From the NCBI GenBank assembly GCA_963828435.1, contig CAWHFG010000005.1:746604-810603 (forward strand): a stretch of DNA of 64,000 bases. The letters are read 5' to 3'. Shown piece by piece: positions 1-9,176 of this stretch. Position 1 is the stretch's first letter. Each line of letters begins with the position of its first letter. A model generated the notes under the pieces. It was not told the origin of the DNA and ran no database searches. It was given only the letters and a program-made list of their open reading frames with translations. The position numbers and the translations under genes are program-made. Origin of the DNA: an uncultured Acidimicrobiaceae bacterium. GTDB taxonomy: Bacteria; Actinomycetota; Acidimicrobiia; Acidimicrobiales; Palsa-688.

Positions 1-1
1 G

Positions 2-607
2 GACATCCGCTACGTCGAGGATGTCCATTCCGGTGACGACCTCGGTACGCGATACCGAGGCCCGCTGGTGATCGGCGACATCATCGCCTGGCTGATGGGC
101 AACGGACGTCATGAGATCTTCCCCTACCGGCTCAACTGGAAGAACCGTCAACGCATGGGAGGTTTTTACACCCGGAACGACGCCGGGGCCTGGGACTCCG
201 CCATGCGCGTCCATTGGGACGATGCCTACGCCCAGTCCGTAGGAGCCCCCCGCGCCTACGACTACGGGATGCTGCGAAATGCCTGGCTGATGCAAATGGT
301 GACGGACTGGATGGGTGACGACGCCTTGCTGGTCAAGGTTGACGATCGCATCAAGGGCTTCAACACCATCGGCGACCTGTCCTGCCTGCGCGGCCACGTC
401 ATAGACATCGACCGTTCCGGTGACTGGCCCGAGGTGCTGGTCGAGGTCTCCTGCACCAATCAACGGGAGGAGGTCACCGCCTCGGGAGTGATCCGGGTAC
501 GTCTGCCTTCGCGGGATCTGGGCCTGCCAGGGTTTCCCGCGCCACCGCCCGACGAGGGCGTGTTGCCGGGTATGCCCGAGCCTGTGGAGGGGCCTTGGGC
601 CAGGTGA
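2..607 (+). CDS. hotdog-fold (MaoC/FAS1-like) acyl dehydratase, C-terminal part; 5' end lies outside the window
   Basis: The frame is open from the window edge (DIRYVEDVHSGDD...) into track ORF 68..607. The tail is hotdog-like (...GDLSCLRGHVIDIDRSGDWPEVLVEVSCTNQREEVTASGVIRV). A MaoC-type partner gene starts 6 nt downstream. Confidence 0.55.
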   Translation, partial: DIRYVEDVHSGDDLGTRYRGPLVIGDIIAWLMGNGRHEIFPYRLNWKNRQRMGGFYTRNDAGAWDSAMRVHWDDAYAQSVGAPRAYDYGMLRNAWLMQMVTDWMGDDALLVKVDDRIKGFNTIGDLSCLRGHVIDIDRSGDWPEVLVEVSCTNQREEVTASGVIRVRLPSRDLGLPGFPAPPPDEGVLPGMPEPVEGPWAR

Positions 608-613
608 GCCCGC

Positions 614-1078
614 ATGGCGACTGATACCGGGGACCGGTGGAGTGCGGGCTACGAGCCCCCGAGGGTGGTACGGACGATGACCGCGGAGCGTATGCGGTGG
701 TACGCGGACGCCCTCGAGACCGTGTCCACCGCGGCCCGCGTGCCCGTGTCAGCCGAGCCGAATATTCACACCGACGACGAGCTGGCCCGGGCCAATGGTC
801 TGCCCGCTCGCGTTGCCGACGGGATGGTGTCGACCAACTGGATCCAGTCGCTGCTCGCCGGCATCTACGGCACCCACTTCCTCGAGGGAGGATCACTGCG
901 AACCCGGTACGTCCGGCCCATCTTCGTCGACGAACGCATTGAAGTGACCGTCCGGGTGACCGCCCGGGAGCGCCATGCCGACGGAGGCGAGCGCATCGTG
1001 TGCGAAGTGCAGTGCGTGAAGGCGGATGGCGAGGTGGCCACCGGCGGGGTGGCCACCATCCCCGTTCCCGTCGGGTAG
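614..1078 (+). CDS. MaoC-like hotdog-fold enoyl-CoA hydratase/dehydratase subunit
   Basis: 154-aa ORF starting at ATG. It has a hotdog-type C-terminal half (RYVRPIFVDERIEVTVRVTARERHADGGERIVCEVQCVKADGEVATGG). It is tightly packed behind the preceding hotdog gene. Confidence 0.6.
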   Translation: MATDTGDRWSAGYEPPRVVRTMTAERMRWYADALETVSTAARVPVSAEPNIHTDDELARANGLPARVADGMVSTNWIQSLLAGIYGTHFLEGGSLRTRYVRPIFVDERIEVTVRVTARERHADGGERIVCEVQCVKADGEVATGGVATIPVPVG

Positions 1079-1086
1079 GCAGAAGG

Positions 1087-2292
1087 GTGACAACGAGGAT
1101 CGGGCCGCCGTCGACGGACGGAGAGTTCCGCCAGGAGTTTCGCAGCTACCTGTCGAAACATCACCCCGGCCGGCGTCCGAAAGGACGGTTACCGTCCTTG
1201 CAGTGGCAGCGGGCCTGGACCGCGCAACTCTATGACGACGGCTGGGCCATGCCGTCGTGGCCGAAGCGCTGGGGAGGTCTGGATCTCCCGTTCACCCGGC
1301 AGGTGATCTACCACGAGGAGATGGCTCGCGCTGGCCTGATCGGACAGCCCACCAACAATGTCGGCATCGTGGGGCCCACCCTTATCCGTCACGGTTCACC
1401 CAGCCAGCAGGAGCGGTTCTTGTCCCGTATGGCTCGGGCTGATGACCTGTGGTGTCAGGGGTTTTCCGAGCCCGACGCCGGATCCGACCTTCTCTCGCTG
1501 AAGACCGTTGCTTTCCTCGAGGGTGACTGCTACGTGGTCAACGGCCAGAAGGTGTGGACGTCGCACGCGGACGTCGCGGACTGGATGTTTGCGCTGGTGC
1601 GCACCGGTCCGGCCGGTTCGCGCCAGCACGGCATCAGCTATCTCCTGATCGACATGCGATCGGAAGGGATCGAGGTCCGGCCCCTCCGTGATATCACTGG
1701 TGGCGCCCGCTTCAACGAAGTATTCCTCGATCAGGTGCGGGTGCCAGTCGATCTGCGGGTCGGCAACGAAAACGGCGGCTGGTCGATTGCCCGGACCTCT
1801 CTCGGGCACGAGAGGTCGACGGCCCATAGTGCCGCCGCCCTGCGCTACCGCCGCATCGTCGACGAGCTGATCACCCTGGCCCGCACCACCGGCCGAAACC
1901 AAGATCCGGTGGTGCGCCAACGACTGGCCGCCGCCGAAACCGACGTGCGCCTCGTCATCTGGAGCGGAATGCGCATGATGGCCTCGGTGCTGGCCAGCGG
2001 CGATCCGGGTCCGGCGTCGTCGGCGACTCGCCTGTTCTACTCAATCTTCGAGCAACGCTTGCATGAGCTCGCCGTTGCCATCCTGGGTGCAAACGCCACC
2101 CTGGCCCGGGACGAGCCCGCGGCCATCGAGCGGGCCCGGTGGCAGTGGGGTCTCCTCTCGACCCGGGCGTCGACGATCGGGGCGGGGACTGCCGAGATTC
2201 AGCGCAACACCATCGCCGAGCGTCTCCTCGGCTTGCCGCGCCACGACCTCCCGAACCCGGCGGAACACCACGGACCACCTCGGCAGGACTGA
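1087..2292 (+). CDS. acyl-CoA dehydrogenase
   Basis: GTG at 1087 is preceded by AGAAGG; the track ORF 1000..2292 is over-extended. ACAD hallmarks are present: WCQGFSEPDAGSDL and the C-terminal IGAGTAEIQRNTIAERLLGLPR. Confidence 0.85.
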   Translation: MTTRIGPPSTDGEFRQEFRSYLSKHHPGRRPKGRLPSLQWQRAWTAQLYDDGWAMPSWPKRWGGLDLPFTRQVIYHEEMARAGLIGQPTNNVGIVGPTLIRHGSPSQQERFLSRMARADDLWCQGFSEPDAGSDLLSLKTVAFLEGDCYVVNGQKVWTSHADVADWMFALVRTGPAGSRQHGISYLLIDMRSEGIEVRPLRDITGGARFNEVFLDQVRVPVDLRVGNENGGWSIARTSLGHERSTAHSAAALRYRRIVDELITLARTTGRNQDPVVRQRLAAAETDVRLVIWSGMRMMASVLASGDPGPASSATRLFYSIFEQRLHELAVAILGANATLARDEPAAIERARWQWGLLSTRASTIGAGTAEIQRNTIAERLLGLPRHDLPNPAEHHGPPRQD

Positions 2293-2323
2293 CGCGGAGA
2301 AGGAGCCCCGATTGGATCGCCGG

Positions 2324-3160
2324 TCACGGCTGGCCCCCCAGAAAGTCGGGAGATCGCTTCTCCCGCAGGGCGGCGACACCGAGCCGGAAATCCGGATGCG
2401 TCATGGCGGCATTCATGTCGTCCACGGAGCGCCGGTAGGCATCCTCGAGATCGCCCCAGGCGTCCTGAAAGATCTGTCGTTTCATAATGCGAAGGGAGTG
2501 AGGCGAGCTGTGCCGGGCCAGGTCGCGGGCGTAGGCCAGGGTGGCGTCGATCAGCTCCTCGGGAGGAAACAGGCGCTGGAGCCATCCCAGTCGGAGCGCC
2601 TCCTCAGCCGCCAGGGGACGCCCCGAGTAGAGGAGCTGGGCGGCATTGGCGGTGCCGACCAGGCGGGCCAGGATCCAGCTGATCCCGTACTCGGCCGGAA
2701 GGCCGATGTTCGCGAACGACGACATGATCCTGGCGGTGCTGGCCCCGAAGCGAATGTCGGCATAGGTGGCCAGGACGAATCCGGCCCCGGCGCAGGCTCC
2801 GTTGACCGCGGCAATTACAGGAACCGAAAGCGACAGCGGAATGGTGTGGTTGTGCCGCAGCCCCGGGGGCACTTCGGGGGCAATCGGCGGCAGCTCCATC
2901 GTCTGGCGCTGATAGTTGCCACCACTCCGGTCGATGTCTTCCAGCGTCGCACGATGGGCTCCGATACAGAAGTCGGGACCCGCCCCCGTGAGGACCACAA
3001 CATGGACGGCGGGGTCTGTGTCCGCGTGATGAAGCGCCCAGCGGTAGTCGACCGACATTCTCCCGCTCCAGGCGTTTCGGCGGTCGGGTCGGTTGAGCGT
3101 CACGACCGCCACCCCATCGCTAACGGCATAAGCAATTTCTTCGAAGCCCGAGGGTTCCAC
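2324..3160 (-). CDS. enoyl-CoA hydratase/isomerase (crotonase family)
   Basis: Crotonase N-terminus VAVVTLNRPDRRNAW and oxyanion-hole region VVVLTGAGPDFCIGA. Confidence 0.85.
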   Translation of the reverse strand: MEPSGFEEIAYAVSDGVAVVTLNRPDRRNAWSGRMSVDYRWALHHADTDPAVHVVVLTGAGPDFCIGAHRATLEDIDRSGGNYQRQTMELPPIAPEVPPGLRHNHTIPLSLSVPVIAAVNGACAGAGFVLATYADIRFGASTARIMSSFANIGLPAEYGISWILARLVGTANAAQLLYSGRPLAAEEALRLGWLQRLFPPEELIDATLAYARDLARHSSPHSLRIMKRQIFQDAWGDLEDAYRRSVDDMNAAMTHPDFRLGVAALREKRSPDFLGGQP

Positions 3161-3373
3161 GAGCAGACGCTACCAGCTCCACCAAATACCGGAAGACCGC
3201 GCCCCGGGGCACCAGGCAAGGACCCCAACGATTCGCCCGCATGGGACTCGATGGTTTATGCTCCCACGGGTGACGGTGCTCCACGGGCCACGGGAGGCGC
3301 ACGTGAAGGGCAGCTTTGGCGATCGACGACGTATCGAGGAGGGTCGCTGGCGCGCCCTTTATCGACCGGGACC

Positions 3374-3883
3374 GTGCCAGGTCAGACGTTGACCGACACG
3401 GGCCCGCACGTATCGGATGCGGCCCGGGCCAGGATCGGTCAGGAGACGCTGCGAAAGACCTTCGAACCCGTGTCCCTCCGGCACATCAAAGAATACCTGG
3501 CGGGCACGGGGGATTGGAATGAGCTCCATTGGGACGACGGAGCGGCGGCGGCCTCACGGCACCAGACCATCATCGCACCAGCGTTGATGTTTCAGGCCGT
3601 GTGCCGTGAGGTGGTGCCAGAGTCAACCCTCCTGGGCGACGGCCAGCACCCGAATCTCGGCGTCGAGGGGGTGACCGGACGCACCGTACTTGCCGGCCAG
3701 GAAATCGAGCTGGGCGAGCCCGTCCACGTTGGTGACGTGATCACCCTTCGTGAACGGCTACTCAGCATCGACGAGAAGCAGGGCAGAAGCGGGCCCCTGG
3801 TCGTCGTCACGACCGAAGAGACGTATACCAACCAGCGTGACGCGGTGATAGCAAGGACCGTCACCACCAGGATCTTCCGATGA
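3374..3883 (+). CDS. hotdog-fold protein (MaoC N-terminal-type, non-catalytic partner); start uncertain
   Basis: This is the C-terminal part of track ORF 2063..3883; upstream that ORF is merely antisense to the crotonase gene. The sequence is hotdog-like (...IKEYLAGTGDWNELHWDD...GDVITLRERLLSIDEKQGRSGPLVVVTTEETYTNQRDAVIA). The first in-frame start after the divergent region is GTG 3374, with TTG 3389 as an alternative. Its stop overlaps the next ATG (ATGA). Confidence 0.5.
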   Translation: MPGQTLTDTGPHVSDAARARIGQETLRKTFEPVSLRHIKEYLAGTGDWNELHWDDGAAAASRHQTIIAPALMFQAVCREVVPESTLLGDGQHPNLGVEGVTGRTVLAGQEIELGEPVHVGDVITLRERLLSIDEKQGRSGPLVVVTTEETYTNQRDAVIARTVTTRIFR

Positions 3884-4328
3884 TCTCCGCTCACGAAGCA
3901 GCGGAGCAGGCCAGACGTCTGACGACCGGTAGCGCCCTGCCGGCGCTCGTGCGACACCCACTCGCGTCACCTGTTTTCTCTTTGCGGTGGCCTGGTGGAC
4001 GCCCCACCGTGTGCACTACGACGTGGAATGGGCCCGGGAGGAGGGCTACGAAGACCTCATGGTGCCCGGCCTCCTGATCAACGAGTATGTGGTGACCGCG
4101 GTCACGTCCTGGACCGGCGATCCCTCCAATCTCCGGCGGCTGACGATCCGCAACACCGGTCCGGCTTTCGCCGGCGACACCGTCACCGTTGCCGGCGAAG
4201 TGGCGGAGGCGGTCCGGCAGGAAGATCGCACCGTGATCACCTTTGATTTCACGGTCGTCAAGCAGGGTGACCAGCCCGTGGCAACGGGCCGAGCCACGGT
4301 CGAGGTGCCCGACCCGATCGACCGCTAA
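3880..4328 (+). pseudogene. MaoC-like dehydratase interrupted by one frameshift (or assembly indel) near 3957-3959
   Basis: ATG 3880 gives MISAHEAAEQARRLTTGSALPALVRHP. The reading continues in another frame as TRVTCFLFAVAWWTPHRVHYDVEWA... to the stop at 4328. The hydratase-2-type motif (...P-x-x-[LIV]-H-x5-A = TPHRVHYDVEWA) starts upstream of the track start GTG 3987. The junction lies in a CCC run. Confidence 0.6.
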
Positions 4329-4337
4329 GTCCGCCAA

Positions 4338-4820
4338 TCAGGCGCTGCGAATCTTCCGGTTGTCCCAGGACAGCGTCCGGTGATCCGCGACGACCTCGAT
4401 AATCGCCTCGGGACGCGAATAGTGCTGACGCACCGCGGTTGGCATCCCCCCGTGGGCCTTGCGGAAACTCCCGTACTTCTCCCCCAGCGCCGTCGTCACC
4501 GATGATCTGAGGTCAGGATCAGTCACCTGACGGGCGTGGCCAACCAGCACGGCCGCCTTCAGGTCCACCCAGTATTCTCCGCCCTCGACCAGGAAGCACA
4601 CCCTGTCATCGTTGGTGATGCGCCGCGATTTGGCGGCCGTCTCGAGGGTCCTCAGGTACACCCGCTTTTCGATGACCACATGCCACGTCGGGAGCGAAAT
4701 CGGATATCCCTGTTGGTCGAGCGTGGTCAGGATGCCCGTGTGGGACTCGCCCACAAACGCCCATAGCTCGTCATCACTCAGTTGCACGCCCACTTGTGAC
4801 CCTTCCCTTTTAGCCGTCAT
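4338..4820 (-). CDS. pyridoxamine 5'-phosphate oxidase-family (PPOX-class, probably F420-dependent) protein
   Basis: 160 aa. N-terminus typical of the family (LSDDELWAFVGESHTGILTTLDQQGYPISLPTWHVV...) and tail ...EAIIEVVADHRTLSWDNRK. Confidence 0.65.
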   Translation of the reverse strand: MTAKREGSQVGVQLSDDELWAFVGESHTGILTTLDQQGYPISLPTWHVVIEKRVYLRTLETAAKSRRITNDDRVCFLVEGGEYWVDLKAAVLVGHARQVTDPDLRSSVTTALGEKYGSFRKAHGGMPTAVRQHYSRPEAIIEVVADHRTLSWDNRKIRSA

Positions 4821-4857
4821 CTTGACCGGTCTGGTGGGGACATTCTATTCTCGGTTG

Positions 4858-6315
4858 ATGCCAGCGCGATCATTCGGCGGTGTGCTGGACGATCTCGCCC
4901 ACGAGCACCCGGGAGCGCCCGCCGTGACGGTCGGAGACACGACCTGCAGTCGGAGCGAACTGGCGTCGCGAACCAATCGCCTGGGGCGCTGGATTGCCGA
5001 GAACGGGGCGTCGGCGGGAACACTGGTTGCGATCGTCCTCCCCAACGGCCTGGGGCTGGTGGAAGCGGTGATCGCCACCTGGAAAATCGGTGCCACTCCG
5101 CTCGTCATTCCCGGGAAGATGCCGGCGGCCGAGCTGGCGGCGGTCCTCGAGCTGGCCCGGCCAGGGCTGGTAATCGGTGCCCACGGCTTGATGCCGCCTG
5201 ACGACCGGAGCGCTCTGCCTGACGACCGCCTACCCGCCGTGACGCCCAGGTGGTGGCGGGCGTCGGTGTCGGGCGGCAGCACAGGACGCCCCAAGCTGAT
5301 CATCTCGTCGCGGCCCGGGACCGTCGACCCCGACCAACGTATGCTGCGCTTAGGGCGCGACGGTTGCACCCTGATCCCCGGTCCTCTCTATCATGGAGCC
5401 CCATTTTTGGTCGGGTTCCACAGTCTGTTTCGCGGGAACCATCTGGTTCTGCTCGAGCGCTTCTCGGCCGAAGAGGCGCTCCACGCCCTGGACCGTCATC
5501 GGGCCACGTACACGCTCATGGTCCCCACCATGATGAGCCGCATCTGGAAGCTGCCGGAGGATATGAAAGCGGCCGCCGACCTGACCGCGCTAGAGGTGCT
5601 CCTCCATCTGGGTGCGGCGTGCCCGGCCTGGCTCAAGCAGGCCTGGATCGACTGGATCGGCGCCACCCGGGTCTTTGAGCTGTATGCCGGGACCGAAGGG
5701 CAGGCGATGACGTGGATCCGCGGCGACGAATGGCTGCAGCACCGGGGGTCGGTCGGAAAGCCGATCGGCGGAGCGCGGATGGCAGCCTTTGGTTCCGACC
5801 TCCAGCCGCTGCCACCGGGCCAGGTAGGCGAGATTTTCATGAAGCCACCGGATGGGGTCCCTCCGACCTACGAGTACGTTGGGGCCGAGCGGCGGGCGGC
5901 CGGCGCCTGGGAGTCGCTCGGTGACATGGGTTATGTCGACGAGGACGGTTACGTCTACATCGCCGACCGGAGAGTGGACATGATCGTCACGGGAGGAGCG
6001 AACGTGTATCCCGCCGAAGTGGAGCAGGCCATCGACGAACACCCTTTGGTGGTCACGTCGGCGGTCGTCGGCTTACCCGACGACGATCTCGGCCACCGGG
6101 TCCACGCCATCGTGGAAGCCGACGCAGATCTGCGCGTCCAGGATCTGGTGGAATTCCTCAGTTCGCGTTTGGTCCGATACAAGATTCCCCGGACCTTCGA
6201 GTTCGCGGCCGGCCCGCTTCGCGATGAGCAGGGGAAGGTGCGACGGGCCGCCCTGCGAGATGAGCGGATCGGCCCGGGCCACGCTCCCGCCCCGCCGGCC
6301 GGAGAAGGCAGGTGA
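4858..6315 (+). CDS. acyl-CoA synthetase (AMP-binding / adenylate-forming family)
   Basis: ATG 4858 lies within track ORF 4612..6315. AMP-binding core VSGGSTGRPKLI is present, along with YAGTEG, GDMGYVDEDGYVYIADR and the C-terminal YKIPR. Confidence 0.8.
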   Translation: MPARSFGGVLDDLAHEHPGAPAVTVGDTTCSRSELASRTNRLGRWIAENGASAGTLVAIVLPNGLGLVEAVIATWKIGATPLVIPGKMPAAELAAVLELARPGLVIGAHGLMPPDDRSALPDDRLPAVTPRWWRASVSGGSTGRPKLIISSRPGTVDPDQRMLRLGRDGCTLIPGPLYHGAPFLVGFHSLFRGNHLVLLERFSAEEALHALDRHRATYTLMVPTMMSRIWKLPEDMKAAADLTALEVLLHLGAACPAWLKQAWIDWIGATRVFELYAGTEGQAMTWIRGDEWLQHRGSVGKPIGGARMAAFGSDLQPLPPGQVGEIFMKPPDGVPPTYEYVGAERRAAGAWESLGDMGYVDEDGYVYIADRRVDMIVTGGANVYPAEVEQAIDEHPLVVTSAVVGLPDDDLGHRVHAIVEADADLRVQDLVEFLSSRLVRYKIPRTFEFAAGPLRDEQGKVRRAALRDERIGPGHAPAPPAGEGR

Positions 6316-7346
6316 AGCTCGGGATCATCCTCGGCACCTGGGATGGGTCCGGAGCGCAAGCGGAGGAGATTCTCGGAGTCGTCCACGAGGCCGAGCGCTG
6401 CGGCTACGACATCGTCTGGGTTCCCGAGCTATACGGCGTGGACGCGGTGTCGCTGATGGCGTGGCTGGCCGCCAGTACCTCAACCATCCGGATCGGCAGC
6501 GCGGTCATGCAGATTCCCGCCCGACCGCCCACCACCACGGCCATGTCGGCCGTGACGCTGGCAGCTCTGTTCGGGCCGCGCATCGTCCTGGGGATGGGGA
6601 TCTCTGGACCGCAGGTGTCGGAAGGATGGTATGGGCAGGCGTGGAAGGATCCCCTGGGCCGGACACGCGAGTACATCGAGGTGGTGCGGATGACCATGCG
6701 CCGCCAGCCGGTCGAATACCACGGGGCCCATTTCACTCTCCCCCTCCAGTCCGAGCAACGGCCGTTACGACTGGTTATCAAAGAGCCGGTGGAGGTACCG
6801 ATCTTCCTGGCCGCCATCGGGCCGCGCAACACCCGGCTGGCCGCCGAGATCGCCGACGGGTGGCTTCCTGCCCTGGTGCTGCCTGAACAGTTCGACAGGA
6901 GCCGCCAGCAGTTCGAGGCGGCGGTCCGCGAGGCGGGTCGGCCCGTTGAGGACGTCTCGATCGCCTGCTCCACGGCCGCCGTCATCAACGACGACCTGTC
7001 GACGGCTCGCGACGTCTATCGGCCCTACCTGGCTCTGCTGATTGGAGGCATGGGCACTCGCCGGCAGAACTTCTACCGGACCCTCGTGTCAGAGTACGGA
7101 TTTGCCAGAGAGGCCCAGGAGATCACCGATGCCTATCTCGGCGGACGCCGGCCCGAGGCCGAGGCCATGGTACCGGCGGACCTCATTGACAGCCTCGCCC
7201 TGGTTGGATCCAGGGACCGCATCGCCAACCGCTTGCGCGCCTTTGCCGATGCCGGGATCGACATTCTGTCGATCGCTCCGGCGGGACGTACCGCCGACGA
7301 GAAATTGGAGGTGGTGCGCGCCATCGCCGAACTCCACGGAAAGTAA
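6312..7346 (+). CDS. LLM-class (luciferase-like) F420-dependent oxidoreductase
   Basis: GTG 6312 overlaps the upstream stop (GTGA). The N-terminus is luciferase-like (MKLGIILGTWDG...AERCGYDIVWVPELYGVDA...RIGSAVMQIPARPP). Confidence 0.75.
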   Translation: MKLGIILGTWDGSGAQAEEILGVVHEAERCGYDIVWVPELYGVDAVSLMAWLAASTSTIRIGSAVMQIPARPPTTTAMSAVTLAALFGPRIVLGMGISGPQVSEGWYGQAWKDPLGRTREYIEVVRMTMRRQPVEYHGAHFTLPLQSEQRPLRLVIKEPVEVPIFLAAIGPRNTRLAAEIADGWLPALVLPEQFDRSRQQFEAAVREAGRPVEDVSIACSTAAVINDDLSTARDVYRPYLALLIGGMGTRRQNFYRTLVSEYGFAREAQEITDAYLGGRRPEAEAMVPADLIDSLALVGSRDRIANRLRAFADAGIDILSIAPAGRTADEKLEVVRAIAELHGK

Positions 7347-7378
7347 GACGCGAGCCGACAGCGCCGGCGCCTCCGCAC

Positions 7379-8605
7379 CTATGAGCGGGGCAACCCCAGC
7401 CCGCGCTCCGCGATGATATTGCGCTGGATCTCGCTGGTGCCACCGGCAATACTCGGACCCGGGGCGCCCAGGAGGTGTCCAGTCCATTCGTAGGTTCCCT
7501 CCGTTCCGGCATCGGCGGTAATGGCCGGGCCGAGAAGTTGAGCGGCCTCCTCTCCGACCTCGGTCAGGCGGCCGGTGAACAGTAGTTTGCCGATCGACGC
7601 CCTGGCCGCTCCGGTCACGCTGCCGCTCCGGCCCCGCCAACTGGCAAAGAAGGCGTGGACCCGATGGTCGGTGTACAGGGCCGCCAGCCTCTGGCGAACC
7701 AGGGGATCGTCATCGACAGCGAGGGTCCGGGCCAGGGCGATGAGATCCCGGTAGGTGCCTCCCCCGAGCGTGGCTCCACCGCCGCGCTCATAACCGAGCG
7801 TGGCCTGCGCCACTCGCCAGCCCTCTCCTACCGCCCCCAGCCGCGAGCCGTCGTCCACCGGAACAGCATCGAGGAACACCTGGTGAAAGGACGCTCCGCC
7901 GGTCATCTGAAGGATCGGCCTGGACTCGACTCCCGGGTGACGCATCGGCACCAGGAAGACCGTCAGGCCGGCATGACGCTCGTCCTCCCGGCTGGTCCGC
8001 ACGATCGCTTCACCCCATTCGCAATGCGGGGCACCGGAGCACCACAGCTTCTGCCCGGTAATCAACCACCCATCGCCGCTCGGGATCGCCGTGCTGTGGA
8101 GCGAGGCCAGGTCCGAGCCCGCCTCCGGCTCCGAAAACAGCTGGCAACAGAGCGCATCCCCCCGAAAAAAAGCGGGCAGGAATCGGCGTTTCTGCTCCTC
8201 GGTTCCGAAGTCCCGCACGGTCGGGGCCACCATCCCCAGCGTGACATGGAAGACCTCTGTCTGGCGGGGTGTCTCGAAGTCCCGCTCCAGCCGGTCGAAG
8301 GCCCGTTCGTGGGCGGCAGAAAGGCCGGCCCCGCCCAGGTCGGCCGGCCAGGAGATAGCCGCGAACCCGGCCTCCCACTTGCGTCGCTGCCACTCGCGGG
8401 CCTGCGCCACCTCAATGGCGGACTGCTCCGGATCGGGGTCGACGAACACGCCCAACCGGTCAGCGGACCCACCGGAGGCGTTCAGCCGGCCGGAACGTCC
8501 CCCCTGCGGTTCGGCGTTGGCCTCGAGCCAGAGGCGGGCCCGGCTCACAAACGAGGCGACCGGCTCAGCCTCAGGACCGGGTTTCGGCGGTGGGCTTGTC
8601 ACCAT
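7379..8605 (-). CDS. acyl-CoA dehydrogenase
   Basis: CCQLFSEPEAGSDL and the C-terminal IAGGTSEIQRNIIAERGLGLPRS. Confidence 0.85.
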   Translation of the reverse strand: MVTSPPPKPGPEAEPVASFVSRARLWLEANAEPQGGRSGRLNASGGSADRLGVFVDPDPEQSAIEVAQAREWQRRKWEAGFAAISWPADLGGAGLSAAHERAFDRLERDFETPRQTEVFHVTLGMVAPTVRDFGTEEQKRRFLPAFFRGDALCCQLFSEPEAGSDLASLHSTAIPSGDGWLITGQKLWCSGAPHCEWGEAIVRTSREDERHAGLTVFLVPMRHPGVESRPILQMTGGASFHQVFLDAVPVDDGSRLGAVGEGWRVAQATLGYERGGGATLGGGTYRDLIALARTLAVDDDPLVRQRLAALYTDHRVHAFFASWRGRSGSVTGAARASIGKLLFTGRLTEVGEEAAQLLGPAITADAGTEGTYEWTGHLLGAPGPSIAGGTSEIQRNIIAERGLGLPRS

Positions 8606-8616
8606 GGTGGCGCCGG

Positions 8617-9060
8617 CTAATCGCTCGGCGCCCCGCTCGGACGGGGTATGTCCGTGCGGCCCACCACCGTGAGCTGCAGCCGGTCGATCCTCCAGTCCGC
8701 GGCGACCTTTACCAGGGTCAGGTCATACAGACACGTGAAGAGGGCCCGGCCGAAGAGCACCAGCATTTTGAGGCGGGTCCTCGCCCGGCCGTCCGGCTCA
8801 AAGGAGGTAGAGACGCCGGTGGGATGATGTCCGGTGGCGACCGGAGCCCCTTGGTAGAACTTCAGGATCTCCTCCGCACCCTGGTACGTCCGGCCGTAGA
8901 CCGAGTCAGCCTCAAACACGGCCGCAGGCGTGAACAGAGCCGTCAAGGCCTCCCAGTCCTTCTGGTCGGCGATATCAGCGTACCGGGCCGTGAACTCCAG
9001 TATCGCCAGGCGCTCCTGCATCTGCTCCAACGCTTCCATCGCACCTCGACTCGCATTCAA
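8617..9060 (-). CDS. SnoaL-like / NTF2-fold protein
   Basis: 147 aa. It begins with the pattern common in SnoaL-like proteins (ERLAILEFTARYADIADQKDWEALTALFTPAAVFE). It sits between two ACAD genes on the same strand. Confidence 0.45.
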   Translation of the reverse strand: MNASRGAMEALEQMQERLAILEFTARYADIADQKDWEALTALFTPAAVFEADSVYGRTYQGAEEILKFYQGAPVATGHHPTGVSTSFEPDGRARTRLKMLVLFGRALFTCLYDLTLVKVAADWRIDRLQLTVVGRTDIPRPSGAPSD

Positions 9061-9176
9061 CTCTGATCATCTGACGACTCGACGCCGCTCCCGCATGCTA
9101 CCCCGCCTCTCTCCACCTACGAGTTCGGAGGCCCATTGACGCAGAATACCTTCCCTCCGTGTGACCAACCCTGCGC

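Noticed and set aside
2063-3883. 606-aa plus-strand ORF covering 1.8 kb.
   Set aside because: Its first ~1.2 kb is exactly antisense to the well-supported crotonase gene (2324-3160) and translates to low-complexity Arg/Pro/Gly-rich sequence. Only the last ~170 codons (about 3374-3883) look like a real hotdog protein. This is the typical stop-codon-poor shadow frame of high-GC DNA.
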